Source: Coleofasciculus sp. B1-GNL1-01
GTDB lineage: Bacteria; Cyanobacteriota; Cyanobacteriia; Cyanobacteriales; Coleofasciculaceae
Direction: 5' to 3' (one strand)
Assembly: GCA_040220235.1 (NCBI GenBank)
Contig: JAVJTO010000006.1
DNA: 64,000 nt
A program made the position numbers and the translations under genes. Under the pieces are notes generated by a model, which was not told the DNA's origin, searched no databases, and was given only the letters and a program-made list of their open reading frames with translations. How positions within the stretch are numbered: the stretch's first letter is position 1; each line of letters starts with the position of its first letter. Positions 19,148-29,929 of this stretch are shown here, piece after piece.

Positions 19148-19408
19148 CTAGCTGAGGAAAGGAGGACGTTTGGATTTAGTTGGTTTATTTTTAATCACTT
19201 CAGCAATAAATCGCTTTAATGCCTTTTCTCGATTTTTCATAAACGCTGACCAAAAGCCGGGATAAAATTCATCCATGGTTTTTGCCAACGCCCAAACATC
19301 AACAGCCAGAATATTATTTAGGGTTTCATCCTCACGCTTTAACGAATCAAGCTGATCGCGAAAACGGTGCTTGTTTGAGGATGCTTGTTGCTTTTTTTCT
19401 TGAATCAT
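19148..19408 (-). CDS. Small hypothetical protein
   Basis: 86-aa ORF with protein-like composition (VDVWALAKTMD..YPGFW..FM.NR). Confidence 0.6.
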   Translation of the reverse strand: MIQEKKQQASSNKHRFRDQLDSLKREDETLNNILAVDVWALAKTMDEFYPGFWSAFMKNREKALKRFIAEVIKNKPTKSKRPPFLS

Positions 19409-19723
19409 TTTAAAAAATGCTGCAATAGAGACAACGGCAGACTAAACAAAACTGGGCTTATAAAAACTGTTTACATACCATGCTACAGAGAAGGCAGGGC
19501 TTCTGCCGACACAGCGATCGCGCTACGAGAGAGCGAATTTGCCTAGTATAACGAAGACAATACGACGTTGACGCTTTTGCCTTTGCTCCCCTAGAGCAAT
19601 TCAGGCAAGATCCACAAGATCCAAGAGCTAAAACATGGATGTTCTGCACCCGATCATTTCCCATGCCACCCCTTGACCCGATAATAAAGCTAAAGTGATT
19701 GTTGTGTAGATAGTTAAATTAAG

Positions 19724-20269
19724 ATGTTACGCAAAATTTCCTTGGGAACAGTAGGATTGTGGGTTGGGGGAGTACTGACCATCATCGGCTTTGTGGCTTA
19801 TGCCACCGAGAACGCGACCTTAAATTTAGTGGGATTTTTCTACGGCGTCCCCATCTTACTGGGCGGTTTTGCCCTGAAAGCCGCCGAACTCAAGCCTGTA
19901 CCTTTAAGTCAACCCACACCACCGGACGTGTTGCAACAGCGACAGCAGACAGCTACTCCCATTCAAAACCAAATTCGCCAAGATGTGATGCGTTATCGTT
20001 ACGGTCAAGACGCTCACCTCGATAGCTCCCTGGAAAGTTTGGGTCTATCACCTAGCGATGAGGAACGACCAGACCTCAATAGTTTACGAGAAACTGTAGT
20101 GGATGGTGCTTACACGTTAGTACTGGAATTTTACTCGCCGCTGATTCCCTTTGAAACATGGGAACAAAAGCGGGAAAAAATAGAAAAATTCTTTGGTCCG
20201 AATATCCGAGTTGAATTGAGCCAACCTGAAGAAGACCAGGTTGATGTGGCGTTGATTGCTGCACCTTAA
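19724..20269 (+). CDS. DUF2854-family thylakoid membrane protein
   Basis: Two N-terminal TMs, GFFYG.PILLGG.ALK..EL.P, RYRYG..AHLD. Confidence 0.8.
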   Translation: MLRKISLGTVGLWVGGVLTIIGFVAYATENATLNLVGFFYGVPILLGGFALKAAELKPVPLSQPTPPDVLQQRQQTATPIQNQIRQDVMRYRYGQDAHLDSSLESLGLSPSDEERPDLNSLRETVVDGAYTLVLEFYSPLIPFETWEQKREKIEKFFGPNIRVELSQPEEDQVDVALIAAP

Positions 20270-20381
20270 CTTTTGTATGTTCTTGTGGAACACCTTCCAG
20301 ACGTGCCATGGCACGTCTCTACATGGCTTCCCCATCTTCCCCATCTCCCCCTCACCTCACCACTTATTCAGCAGCCCCTAC

Positions 20382-21629
20382 TTAGTGAGCCTCAGAGGTT
20401 TGGCGATTCTGATGTTTAGAGCTGTAGAGTTGGCTCAAAGGCGTGGCACTAATACTATGGGCAAGGATAGAGGCAAAAATTAGCAAGCTGCTAACCACCC
20501 AAACCTGGTGATTACCCGTGAGGCGCAGCGCCAGATGAGAATAGTAAAGAGCCGCAACGCCAATGGGACCAAACCAACCCACGAACAGAGAATCTGAGAC
20601 ACCGTGCAGGCGCTTAATCAAAGGACTGAGCGCCAGGATTGCGGGGAGGCGGCGCAAGAACAAGACGGCTACCACTAGCAGTAAGCCTTTCCAGCTCAGT
20701 TGTAGCCAGTCTTGCCAGGGCATGACCAAACCCAATAACAGAAAAATAGGTAGAGTAAAGAAGCGATCCACAGCTTCTTGGATTCGCTCTTCCTGAGTTC
20801 TTTGCTGAGTATCCACGAGTCCATCAAAGACTAATCCGGTTATAAAAACAGCTAGAATACCATCGCTACCCAGTAACTTTGCTGCCCCCAATGCTAGAAG
20901 AGAAAGGGCAACTGTATAAGCGAGAATCGACTTTTTCTCAATTAAGTCCTTCTTTTCAGACCAGACTAATAATCGACCCGCAGTATAGCCCAACAATACA
21001 GCCACCACAATAGCGACACCGATTTCCCAAAGTAGGGTGTGCAGCACCCAATGGGAAAGAGCTTCTCCTGGCGATCGCGTCAGGAGTAGAATAGGCAGAT
21101 AAACTATCGGATACGCTAGCCCATCATTCAACCCCGATTCACTGGAGATGAGGTGACGTAGGCGTCCGGGAATATTTTCCTCAGCAATGATCCCCGTAAC
21201 AATATCCGTAGAGACAACCGGATCAGTCGGTGTTATCACTGCCCCAATTAACATCGCTACCCCAAAAGGCAGACCCAATAACCACCATACAAGTAAACCA
21301 CTACTCAACCACATCAAGGGCATGACTAGCCCCAGTACCACGGCTAAAGACTTCCAGTGTCGGGGAACATATCCTTTGGGTATGCGTAGGGCGACGCCCA
21401 TTAAACCAATAGCAAGGGTTAAACGGGCGGCTTCCTCAATCAAAAGTTCTTTATTGCCCCACCAGCCTGTTATATCAAGCCACCCCAGAATATGTGGACT
21501 CATCAGAATACCCAACAGCAGCGCAATAGTCGAGTCGGAAAAATACATCCGCCGCAGTGGTTTAGACAGTAGCCCCACAGCCACAACCAGTGCGGCGATG
21601 GCAGTTATAGCAATGTTTAGCTGATTCAT
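20382..21629 (-). CDS. Cation:proton antiporter (CPA1/NhaP family)
   Basis: TPTDPV, ESGLNDG, WFGPIG; multiple TMs. Confidence 0.9.
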   Translation of the reverse strand: MNQLNIAITAIAALVVAVGLLSKPLRRMYFSDSTIALLLGILMSPHILGWLDITGWWGNKELLIEEAARLTLAIGLMGVALRIPKGYVPRHWKSLAVVLGLVMPLMWLSSGLLVWWLLGLPFGVAMLIGAVITPTDPVVSTDIVTGIIAEENIPGRLRHLISSESGLNDGLAYPIVYLPILLLTRSPGEALSHWVLHTLLWEIGVAIVVAVLLGYTAGRLLVWSEKKDLIEKKSILAYTVALSLLALGAAKLLGSDGILAVFITGLVFDGLVDTQQRTQEERIQEAVDRFFTLPIFLLLGLVMPWQDWLQLSWKGLLLVVAVLFLRRLPAILALSPLIKRLHGVSDSLFVGWFGPIGVAALYYSHLALRLTGNHQVWVVSSLLIFASILAHSISATPLSQLYSSKHQNRQTSEAH

Positions 21630-21940
21630 GATCAGTAGGATAGGGCGGGTTTACAGGGATTTACCGATTTCTTAGTCAATAAATCCTTTGACTAAATTGC
21701 CATAAAAACTTGAACCATTTTCTCTAGGTTAAAACGAAATTGTTACTTTAATAATATACCTACAGATAGATTATAGGACTAGGAAAGGCATTTATTTGGG
21801 GAATTCTAAACCACATAAAGGCAAATAAATGACTATTTATGTCGTTTATATTCCAAAAAAAATGAGGGTTTTAGAGTTTAATTTAAAAAAGTAAATTTTA
21901 AAGCAACTCCAGACATTAAACGTCAGGAGTCCTTTTTTGA

Positions 21941-22201
21941 CTACGGCTTTTCTAGCCGCACGATATACCATTGCAAATATTCTCCAGGTTCCATATCCAA
22001 GTCACAGGAGGTTTCCATCAAATACTTGGCTTGCTCCTCCACAGAAGAAAATTGCTGTAAATCACGGGGTAGATTATCCTGCCGTGTTGCTAAAATAGCT
22101 TTGAGTTTTTCCAGTAACTCCTCAGGTGTGAGAAATTGCTCCGGTTGATTCGTTTCCAGAACAACATAAGCATCCTCTTGGTACATGATTGAATCAGGCA
22201 T
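21941..22201 (-). CDS. crr7: Chlororespiratory reduction protein 7 (NDH assembly)
   Basis: D.YVVLE.NQPEQFLT..EL, C.L...PG.YLQWY.VRLEK. Confidence 0.85.
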   Translation of the reverse strand: MPDSIMYQEDAYVVLETNQPEQFLTPEELLEKLKAILATRQDNLPRDLQQFSSVEEQAKYLMETSCDLDMEPGEYLQWYIVRLEKP

Positions 22202-22344
22202 GGTTCATTCCGGGTGTAGTTCAACAGTAATTAGTCTTGGTTCCCCCTTCCTAGGCAGAACCTGGAAGGCTAAGAAGACAAGGCTGGAGTAACTCCTTAC
22301 ATTTAGTATAGAAAAATGACCAATGCTCCATAACCAATATCAAT

Positions 22345-23769
22345 ATGTTTCTCTCCCTGGAATACGAAAGAGCCTTAGAATCCCTCGGCTATGACTATTT
22401 TGATGAAGTCGCCGCCGCTGAATTCCCTTGTCATCACCTGCGGTTCCGTAATGACCAACTGCTGCCAATTTTAGGGTTAGACCCGCAAAGGGTGACAGAT
22501 GCGGATTTTATCCAGGCGTTTGGTCAGTTTGTCGGCATACGACCCTTTTTAGCACTACGCTATCACGGGTATCAGTTTGGCGAATATAATTCCAGATTAG
22601 GAGATGGTCGCGGGTTTCTCTTTGGTCAGGTGCGGGGAACTGATGGCGAACTGTATGATTTTGGCACGAAAGGTTCCGGGACAACTCCCTATTCTAGGGG
22701 TGCGGATGGTCGATTGACCCTCAAAGGTGGAGTACGGGAAGTCCTGGCGGCGGAAGCGTTGCATGGTTTGGGTGTGCGTACCTCTCGCTGTTTAAGTTTG
22801 ATTGAAACCGGGGAACATTTGTGGCGAGGGGATGAACCGTCGCCCACTCGTTCATCGGTGATGGTACGGATGAGTCGTTCTCATATCCGGTTTGGCACGT
22901 TTGAACGGTTGCGCTATTTTAAGCGTCGGGATTTAATTAAAATGCTGCTCGATCATGTCATTGATTATTATTACCCGCATCTGTTGCAACAGCAGGATAG
23001 AGTTGAGCAATATCGCCAATTTTACGCCGAGTTAGTCAAACGAGTGGCAGAGTTAGTGGCTCAATGGATGGCAGCAGGCTTTTGTCATGCTGTTTTAAAT
23101 ACCGATAATATGTCAATTACGGGGGAAAGTTTTGATTATGGTCCTTATGCGTTTATCCCCACCTATAATCCTGTGTTTACAGCAGCGTATTTCGACTATT
23201 ACGGACGCTATTGTTATGGCAATCAACCGAGCATTTGTCGGTTGAATTTGGAAATGTTACAGCAACCGTTAGGCATGGTGATTCCGGTTGCTGATATGGA
23301 AGCTGGGTTAGCGGCTTATGAGGAACACTATTATCAGGCTTATCGGCAGTTGATGCTAAATAAGCTGGGATTTGAGCAAGTGAATGAACCCCAAGGGAAT
23401 GAGTTATTGAGGAGGACGATTGAGTTGTTAAAGGAAACTCAGGTAGGATATCATGCTTTCTTCACCGAATTAACCCAGCAGTTTCACCCTAGTTGGCGCG
23501 ATGATGTCTCACAAATTTTTGATCAGGTCTCGTTTTGCCAGTCGGCTGAACAGCAAGTGTTGTTAGCCAATTGGCGCGAATTATATCATCATATTTTGCA
23601 GGATTTGTCAACGGATGAGTTGGCGAAAATGGCTGATCGGTTACAGGAGAAGAATCCGAAAACTGCATTGCTACGACCTGTTATTGAAGAGGTTTGGGCA
23701 GCTATTGATCGCGACGATAATTGGCAACCGTTTGATGAGTTGGTGAGACGCTTACAAGAAAAAAAATAA
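22345..23769 (+). CDS. ydiU: SelO/YdiU-family AMPylase
   Basis: YHGYQFG...LGDGRG, KGSG.TPYSR.ADGR, RFGTFE, H.VLNTDN, DYGPY. Confidence 0.92.
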   Translation: MFLSLEYERALESLGYDYFDEVAAAEFPCHHLRFRNDQLLPILGLDPQRVTDADFIQAFGQFVGIRPFLALRYHGYQFGEYNSRLGDGRGFLFGQVRGTDGELYDFGTKGSGTTPYSRGADGRLTLKGGVREVLAAEALHGLGVRTSRCLSLIETGEHLWRGDEPSPTRSSVMVRMSRSHIRFGTFERLRYFKRRDLIKMLLDHVIDYYYPHLLQQQDRVEQYRQFYAELVKRVAELVAQWMAAGFCHAVLNTDNMSITGESFDYGPYAFIPTYNPVFTAAYFDYYGRYCYGNQPSICRLNLEMLQQPLGMVIPVADMEAGLAAYEEHYYQAYRQLMLNKLGFEQVNEPQGNELLRRTIELLKETQVGYHAFFTELTQQFHPSWRDDVSQIFDQVSFCQSAEQQVLLANWRELYHHILQDLSTDELAKMADRLQEKNPKTALLRPVIEEVWAAIDRDDNWQPFDELVRRLQEKK

Positions 23770-23780
23770 TCTTATATTTG

Positions 23781-23847
23781 TCATTCGTCATTTGTCATTC
23801 GTCATTCGTCATTCGTCATTTGTCATTTGTCATTTTTCATTCGTCAT
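23781..23847. repeat. Heptamer tandem repeat (TCATTCG/TCATTTG)n, STRR-like
   Basis: Read directly; related heptamers at 6575-6595 and 39991-40018. Confidence 0.9.
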
Positions 23848-23901
23848 ACTCGATATCGCGAGAAGCAAGCTACGTTTATGTAAGGTCTGAAATCAGTGTT
23901 A

Positions 23902-25950
23902 TTATTTCAAATAAATCAGTAAATTCAGCCCAGGAATAGTCCGAGAAAGTGTCCATAATAACAGGGCAATATAAGCAAGACCTAAACCCCACTGATACCA
24001 CGCCAATGTACTAATAATACCGGGAACATGTTCCTCTCTCAGGCGAATATCATTAAATCCAAACTTAAGCAAATTATTAAAACTAAAGTCATAATAATTC
24101 AGCCAATTCCAGCGACGATCCCAAAGAATCGGCATATAGCGATCGCGGAAAAAGCCAAATCGAGGCATAACCGGGAGGCGTCCAATCAGGAGGCGTAATT
24201 GCCGCATCCCCCCATCTTCGACAAAATAGGTGACATTGAGCATATCATGATAACGCCCTTGCCGATACAGTTGCCACACCAGCAATAGGGGTATCGGAAA
24301 CAGAAGTCCCGCCAAACACAATAGCGTCAGCCAGGGTTGTTCACTGGTTTGAAAAATCGCGATCGCACCGCCCACAGTAGCCGCTGCCCCACTCCCCACC
24401 ATGTACACTGTTTCTAGAGAGGTGGGTAGAATCGGTTTAGGGTAACGTCGCCGCCAACGGTCAAGCAACCAAAACAGCAACCCAAAATAGGCGATCGCGA
24501 TCATTCCCACGCCGAAAACTAAGCCAAAACTGGTACCATCGGCACTTAATAGCAGCAGTAAACTCAATCCCGCCCAGTGTAACCCATCGATTAGCCAATG
24601 GCGCGATCGCAGATTGATATCCTCGCGACCCATTAATTGGAGAATGCTACCCAGTAAACGTCCCCACAGTTGTTCCCGTCGCAATCGTTCCCGAAGATAA
24701 TCTAAGGAATTCGCATCAGGAATTTGTTCTTGTTCGCGAAAGTTGCGGACTAAATTTCGCAGTACATCTTCATTTCCTTCGAGTTTGGGAACGGATAGGA
24801 TTTGTCCCACATGACCCGCATCACCAAAAATTTTAGCTTCGTCTGAGTCAAAGGTCATCCCAGCGACTTTAACATAAGCATTGGGAGAAAAGCGGGTATT
24901 ACTAAAATCCATTTGGTCAAGTAGACTCGCATCCCGCATTAAAATCGGTTGCTGGAACTGGCTTCCCCGGAAGCTAGTGGATTTTTCCCACGTCGCCTCG
25001 GTGAGTAACAACGACTGAGTAAACCGACTCTTACTCAACAACGTGCGATCGCGCCAAATCACTTGGGAAAAATCGGCATCTTCTAGCCATTGGCTTCCGG
25101 TAAAATTGGCAAGCTGGACAAATTCTGCCTGACTAAAATTCCCATTCCCATGAAACGTAGACCGACTAAAATTGGCTATACCTTTAAACTCCACCTGAGT
25201 AAACCCAGCCTTATCAAAGAAGGTATCACCGCTGAAGTTAATATCTCGACCAAACGTAGTGTTACTAAAATCAACAGATTGGCTAAAACTACTCCCTGAC
25301 CAATCGACTTCCTGGATAAACACAGCCTCAGAGACTTCTAAGCGTTGCAGAAAGAAGGTATTGGCGAAATTAATTGCACCGCTTAGACGAGTTTGATTCA
25401 GCTTGAGAGTCCCCCGAAAGACTGTAACCGAGGGAACTTGGTCACTGGATTCGGTGATGAAGCGAGAATCTTTTGCTAATTTTTCTTGTTCCTGGTCAGT
25501 TAACAGGGAAGGCAACGTGGCTTGGGAGAGGGCGGTTTGCAAGCCTAATTTGCTAGCCGTAAACTCTCCTTGAATCAAGGATTCACTCAAGTCTAAAGCG
25601 AGAGGAGTTTGAGAACGAGTCAGCTTGCTTTGCAGGTGTTGGTAAAAATGATCCCGAAAGTCTGTATTCTCGTTGGTTAAATCAATAACAAACTGGCGCA
25701 GATCAATCGTAGAAATGCCTTCGCTTTGAATCGGGGATTCTAGGCGTTCTTCTAGGAGTTCCAGGGTTAACGGTTGACGTTCTGGAGTGGCGGCGAAGGC
25801 GGGGAGGGGGATGAGGAGGAGAAAAAACGTAAGTAGGAATCCCAGGAGTCGCTTGGGGAAAGGGTGTAAGAATTTAATTGGCTTCAAGGCGATCGCATCG
25901 TTAGAGGTTCGTTCAATTATTTTACTGGGATAAGCCCCGACACCTGCCAA
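23902..25950 (-). CDS. Pentapeptide-repeat membrane protein (true start probably downstream of track start)
   Basis: Signal-like segment ending PAFA, [AV]xFxxxxF pentapeptide_3-like repeats, C-terminal TM bundle. Confidence 0.8.
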   Translation of the reverse strand: MAGVGAYPSKIIERTSNDAIALKPIKFLHPFPKRLLGFLLTFFLLLIPLPAFAATPERQPLTLELLEERLESPIQSEGISTIDLRQFVIDLTNENTDFRDHFYQHLQSKLTRSQTPLALDLSESLIQGEFTASKLGLQTALSQATLPSLLTDQEQEKLAKDSRFITESSDQVPSVTVFRGTLKLNQTRLSGAINFANTFFLQRLEVSEAVFIQEVDWSGSSFSQSVDFSNTTFGRDINFSGDTFFDKAGFTQVEFKGIANFSRSTFHGNGNFSQAEFVQLANFTGSQWLEDADFSQVIWRDRTLLSKSRFTQSLLLTEATWEKSTSFRGSQFQQPILMRDASLLDQMDFSNTRFSPNAYVKVAGMTFDSDEAKIFGDAGHVGQILSVPKLEGNEDVLRNLVRNFREQEQIPDANSLDYLRERLRREQLWGRLLGSILQLMGREDINLRSRHWLIDGLHWAGLSLLLLLSADGTSFGLVFGVGMIAIAYFGLLFWLLDRWRRRYPKPILPTSLETVYMVGSGAAATVGGAIAIFQTSEQPWLTLLCLAGLLFPIPLLLVWQLYRQGRYHDMLNVTYFVEDGGMRQLRLLIGRLPVMPRFGFFRDRYMPILWDRRWNWLNYYDFSFNNLLKFGFNDIRLREEHVPGIISTLAWYQWGLGLAYIALLLWTLSRTIPGLNLLIYLK

Positions 25951-26265
25951 GCACTCGCGCTTTGGGTTTCAATCAAAGGCAGTTTAACGTGACAATGTTA
26001 AACTTGTACATTAGCCTCAAATCCTGACAAAGGACAAATGAGTTTTTACGGCTGAAGTTGCTGAAGTTTAGTTTGAGCGGATCGCAAAAGTTCGGGGCTT
26101 CCGTACAGAAGAACCGATTTGTCTGGCTTTGATGGGGCGATTGCTGTCCGGCTCAAACATCTGCGATCGCTAAGGGCATCAAGTCGCCTATAGTATTTTG
26201 CTTTCACTTTGATTCGCGAGGTAAACTTGACTATACTAATCAGGCTAGGCTATAATTTTTACCTT

Positions 26266-27111
26266 ATGCCTTGGTTAGATAAATGGAGTAATGTAACAAA
26301 AAATGGAATTTTATGGAGTGTTTTTCAAGGAGACGCTCACTCGGTTCTATTGGATTTGCCAAGTAATCATTTTAATTGTGTGATCACATCTCCTCCGTAC
26401 TACTGGTTACGTGATTATGGGGTTGAGGAACAAATTGGACAAGAGACAAGCGTTGAAGGCTATGTCAGTGCCATTGCCTCTGTCATGGATGAAGTAAAGC
26501 GGGTACTGAAGGATGATGGTGTCCTTTTCCTCAACTTAGGTGATACCTATTATTCAGGTAAAGGAAAATCTCAAGGAAGGGATCGCAAAAGCAGTAAACG
26601 TCGATTTGGTTTAAGAGCGGTTGATAAAAGCGGTGGTTTAGGAATTGGGCTGCAACCCAAAACAATTATTGGGATGCCTTGGCGGGTTGCTATTGAAATG
26701 ACAATGCGAGGTTGGGTTCTACGCAGTCCTATTATTTGGCATCGAAAACATTGTCTTCCTGAATCCGTTAAAGATAGACCTCGACGTAGCTATGAATATG
26801 TTTTTATGTTTGCTAAAAATAGACGTTATTATTTCAATCGTTCAATGCTTGAAAAAGAAGAAGAGGAAGATATGTGGACAATTGCTGCACGTCCTAAACC
26901 AACTAATGGCATCTACACGGCACCATTCCCTGATGAGTTAGTGCAAAGATGTCTTGATATTGGATGTCCAGCAGATGGGATTGTGCTAGATCCATTTGCT
27001 GGAGGTGGAACCACTCTGAGAGTAGCGCTACAATCAGGAATATCTGCTACTGGAATAGATTTAAACCCTGAGTTTTGTAGTTACATGGTTAGTATGTTAT
27101 GTGGTCTCTGA
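26266..27111 (+). CDS. Beta-class amino-DNA methyltransferase (SPPY; likely N4-cytosine)
   Basis: CVITSPPYY before VLDPFAGGGTT; NLGDTY; IIW.R; PFPDELV. Confidence 0.9.
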   Translation: MPWLDKWSNVTKNGILWSVFQGDAHSVLLDLPSNHFNCVITSPPYYWLRDYGVEEQIGQETSVEGYVSAIASVMDEVKRVLKDDGVLFLNLGDTYYSGKGKSQGRDRKSSKRRFGLRAVDKSGGLGIGLQPKTIIGMPWRVAIEMTMRGWVLRSPIIWHRKHCLPESVKDRPRRSYEYVFMFAKNRRYYFNRSMLEKEEEEDMWTIAARPKPTNGIYTAPFPDELVQRCLDIGCPADGIVLDPFAGGGTTLRVALQSGISATGIDLNPEFCSYMVSMLCGL

Positions 27112-27118
27112 GGGCTAT

Positions 27119-29062
27119 ATGTTTCTCACAGTAAAACAAATCAAAAAATCTCTTGAGCCTCTCAAGTCTCTTCATCCCTTTTATGGGATCACATTTCTAG
27201 TGTGTAAAAAAGCTCATTTACCAGTTGGTGATACCATTCAATTTTCCATCAATGCAAGGGAGACGGAGTTCCTCAATGAATACTTCAAACCGGAACCAAC
27301 GTCTAAACACCCTTACCAAGTCTTCAAAACTTCTAATCCAAGCAATCGTTGGCTTTCACCAAATTATGCTAGCTCAGGCTCTCAGAGTACAAGGACAAGA
27401 GGGGATTTATCTAATGCATTTATTCATGATAAAAATACTAATATCTGGGGATGGCAATCGAATTATGTACAAGTGCTTCACGAACATTTAACTCGAACAA
27501 GAGAGGGTTTAATTCCAACTTTTCATTTAGCTGTATGGTTATATAGAGAAAAAAAATGGTCTTCAGATGCAACAGCTAAAGATATCGTTGATATTTTCTT
27601 TGCAGATTTTTTTATCACAGATAATGAGAAAGAGTTACTTTTTGATGCTTCTATCCCTGACGATACTGTACTAGATAAGCTGTTTCAAGATAAAAAAATA
27701 TCTTCAAGAGATTTACAGGTGATTATTGGTAAACCACCTGACTCTGATCCAGAAGAAGGTGGAACGCTACACCTTTTAGAAATCCAAGGAGTAGGACCAG
27801 CGAAACGATTAATCTTTCAACCCGGCAAAAGGCTTTCGTTGATCACTGGAGACAATGGTCTAGGAAAAACGTTTCTGCTTGATTGTGCGTGGTGGGCTTT
27901 AACGGGTAAATGGGCAGGATTGCAGGCATATCCTACGCCAACGCCAAATGCTAAAAAAAACAAACCCGTCATAGGATTTAAAATCTCTGGAGATTTTGAG
28001 TCCGAAACTATAAGAGTCTCTTACGATTGGCAAACTCAAAGCTGGAAACCGCCTAAGAAGCGACCTACTATTCCTGGTCTACTCGTGTATGCGAAAGTCG
28101 ATGGCTCTTTTGCAGTGTGGGACCCAGCTAAAGAATATCTAGCGATTCAAGAACTTGGAGATAGTGATACAACTCCACGTCCATTTGTTTTTACTAAAGA
28201 TGAAGTTTGGGGTGGGCGCGATATTGAAGTTGGAGGTCGAAAAACTACATTTATAAATGGTTTACTTCAAGATTGGATTCAATGGCAAAGTAGACCTCAA
28301 AATTCTCCATTCAATACGCTTGAAAAAGTGCTAAAACGATTATCTCCCCCCTTACAAAGTGATTTGGGAATTTTCAAACCAGGAGAACCTGTCAGAATTC
28401 CTTACGATGTTAGATCTATACCAACGATTGAGCATTCTTATGGCACGGTTCCTATCGTTTATACTTCAGCAGGTGTTCGTCGTGTCATCACACTTGCCTA
28501 CCTAATTATCTGGGCATGGGAAGAACATAAAATTCAATCCAAGCTGATTCGCAAAAAACCACAGAAAAAGATGGTGATTTTAATTGATGAGTTAGAAGCT
28601 CACCTCCATCCGCAATGGCAAAGGGTGATTTTATCAGCTTTATTGGATGTTAGGGAAGATTTAGCTACTGACTTACAAGTGCAACTGATGGTTGCTACCC
28701 ACTCTCCCATGATTATGGCATCTGTGGAATCGAGATTCGATGAAAAATTAGATAAGTTATTCCGTCTAGATCTTGCCAAGAGTGGCTTAAATACTAACGA
28801 AGTAGATTTGGTTCAATTACCTTTCATCCGTCAAGGGCGCATTGATGCTTGGCTTACATCAGATGTTTTTGGTCTTAGACAACCTCGTTCTATTGAAGGA
28901 GAGCAGGTTATACAAGCCGCAAAAGCACTACAAGAAGCTGAGAATCCGAGTTCACAGGATGTACAGAAGGTTTCAGATAAACTGAGAAAATACTTAGCCG
29001 AGGATGATGAATTCTGGTCTCGGTGGCTATTTTTTGCAAGACAACATGGAGCATCGTTGTGA
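27119..29062 (+). CDS. ABC/AAA_21-type ATPase with extra ~215-aa N-terminal domain (PtuA-like)
   Basis: Walker A GDNGLGKT, signature SAGVRR, Walker B/D-loop ILIDELEAHLHPQWQR, H-loop ATHSP. Confidence 0.85.
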   Translation: MFLTVKQIKKSLEPLKSLHPFYGITFLVCKKAHLPVGDTIQFSINARETEFLNEYFKPEPTSKHPYQVFKTSNPSNRWLSPNYASSGSQSTRTRGDLSNAFIHDKNTNIWGWQSNYVQVLHEHLTRTREGLIPTFHLAVWLYREKKWSSDATAKDIVDIFFADFFITDNEKELLFDASIPDDTVLDKLFQDKKISSRDLQVIIGKPPDSDPEEGGTLHLLEIQGVGPAKRLIFQPGKRLSLITGDNGLGKTFLLDCAWWALTGKWAGLQAYPTPTPNAKKNKPVIGFKISGDFESETIRVSYDWQTQSWKPPKKRPTIPGLLVYAKVDGSFAVWDPAKEYLAIQELGDSDTTPRPFVFTKDEVWGGRDIEVGGRKTTFINGLLQDWIQWQSRPQNSPFNTLEKVLKRLSPPLQSDLGIFKPGEPVRIPYDVRSIPTIEHSYGTVPIVYTSAGVRRVITLAYLIIWAWEEHKIQSKLIRKKPQKKMVILIDELEAHLHPQWQRVILSALLDVREDLATDLQVQLMVATHSPMIMASVESRFDEKLDKLFRLDLAKSGLNTNEVDLVQLPFIRQGRIDAWLTSDVFGLRQPRSIEGEQVIQAAKALQEAENPSSQDVQKVSDKLRKYLAEDDEFWSRWLFFARQHGASL

Positions 29063-29670
29063 TTCCTGTTCAAGAAAAACCTGAACCCATAGATTTTGAA
29101 CGCAAAGTTAGAGCAAAAGGGAGGAATTTCTTACAACAAGTCCCTTGCCCAAAAAATTGGGACAATCGGGAATATTGGAGAAATTCTCTGAAGGATCTCT
29201 ATAAAGCTTATAACGGCGTTTGTGCTTACTCTGCCCAATGGATTCCCGAAACTGAAGGAAGTCCCACCGTTGATCATTTTATTCCAAAAGCCTTTAAACC
29301 GGAGTTAGCCTACGAGTGGAGCAATTTCCGCCTTTCCTGTTTAAAGATGAATGCCAGAAAGAAAGACTTTCAAGATGTTTTAGACCCCTTCCAGATTCAG
29401 TATAGATGGTTTACCTTAAATTTTCCTTCTTTGATCATCAAACCGGGTTTAAATCTAGAACCATCGATTAGAAGTAAAGTTGAGAGTACTATTCAGCGTT
29501 TACAGTTAAATAAAGAGGAAACTATAAATTCTAGATTTTATTGGCTGATGAAATATTGTGAGAATAAATTTCCTTTTGAGTTTTTGCAAGAGGTTGCTCC
29601 ATTTATTGCTTCTGAGTTAGAACGTCAAAATCTTATTGGCTCAATCGCGTCTATCATGTCAGTCAGTTGA
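29059..29670 (+). CDS. HNH endonuclease (PtuB/retron-HNH-like)
   Basis: CAY...TVDHFIPK....LAYEWSNFRLSC...N; GTG start overlapping the ATPase stop (GTGA), GGAG RBS. Confidence 0.85.
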   Translation: MIPVQEKPEPIDFERKVRAKGRNFLQQVPCPKNWDNREYWRNSLKDLYKAYNGVCAYSAQWIPETEGSPTVDHFIPKAFKPELAYEWSNFRLSCLKMNARKKDFQDVLDPFQIQYRWFTLNFPSLIIKPGLNLEPSIRSKVESTIQRLQLNKEETINSRFYWLMKYCENKFPFEFLQEVAPFIASELERQNLIGSIASIMSVS

Positions 29671-29929
29671 GTGACTTTTGTTGGACAACTGACAGTTTCA
29701 TCTGTAGCCAAGATGAGCGGTGTGATCGCTTGACAAGGTTTCGGTTTTGGGGGATAATTTTTATAATGGAAAAATGTGCCAGCCTATAGACCCGTATTTC
29801 GCGTTTGAGAAAGGTCAACGCATCAATTGTTTCCTCAAGCAAAGTCACGTTCACTAATCGTAATACCCAACAGCATTGAAAAGGAAATCCCCGACGCATC
29901 TAAGACTTCGGGGATATGACTACACAAAA

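Noticed and set aside
29663..29899. 78-aa minus-strand ORF between HNH and alaS
   Set aside because: No recognisable motif or RBS; it starts within a REP-like hairpin (ATCCCCGAC..GACTTCGGGGAT).
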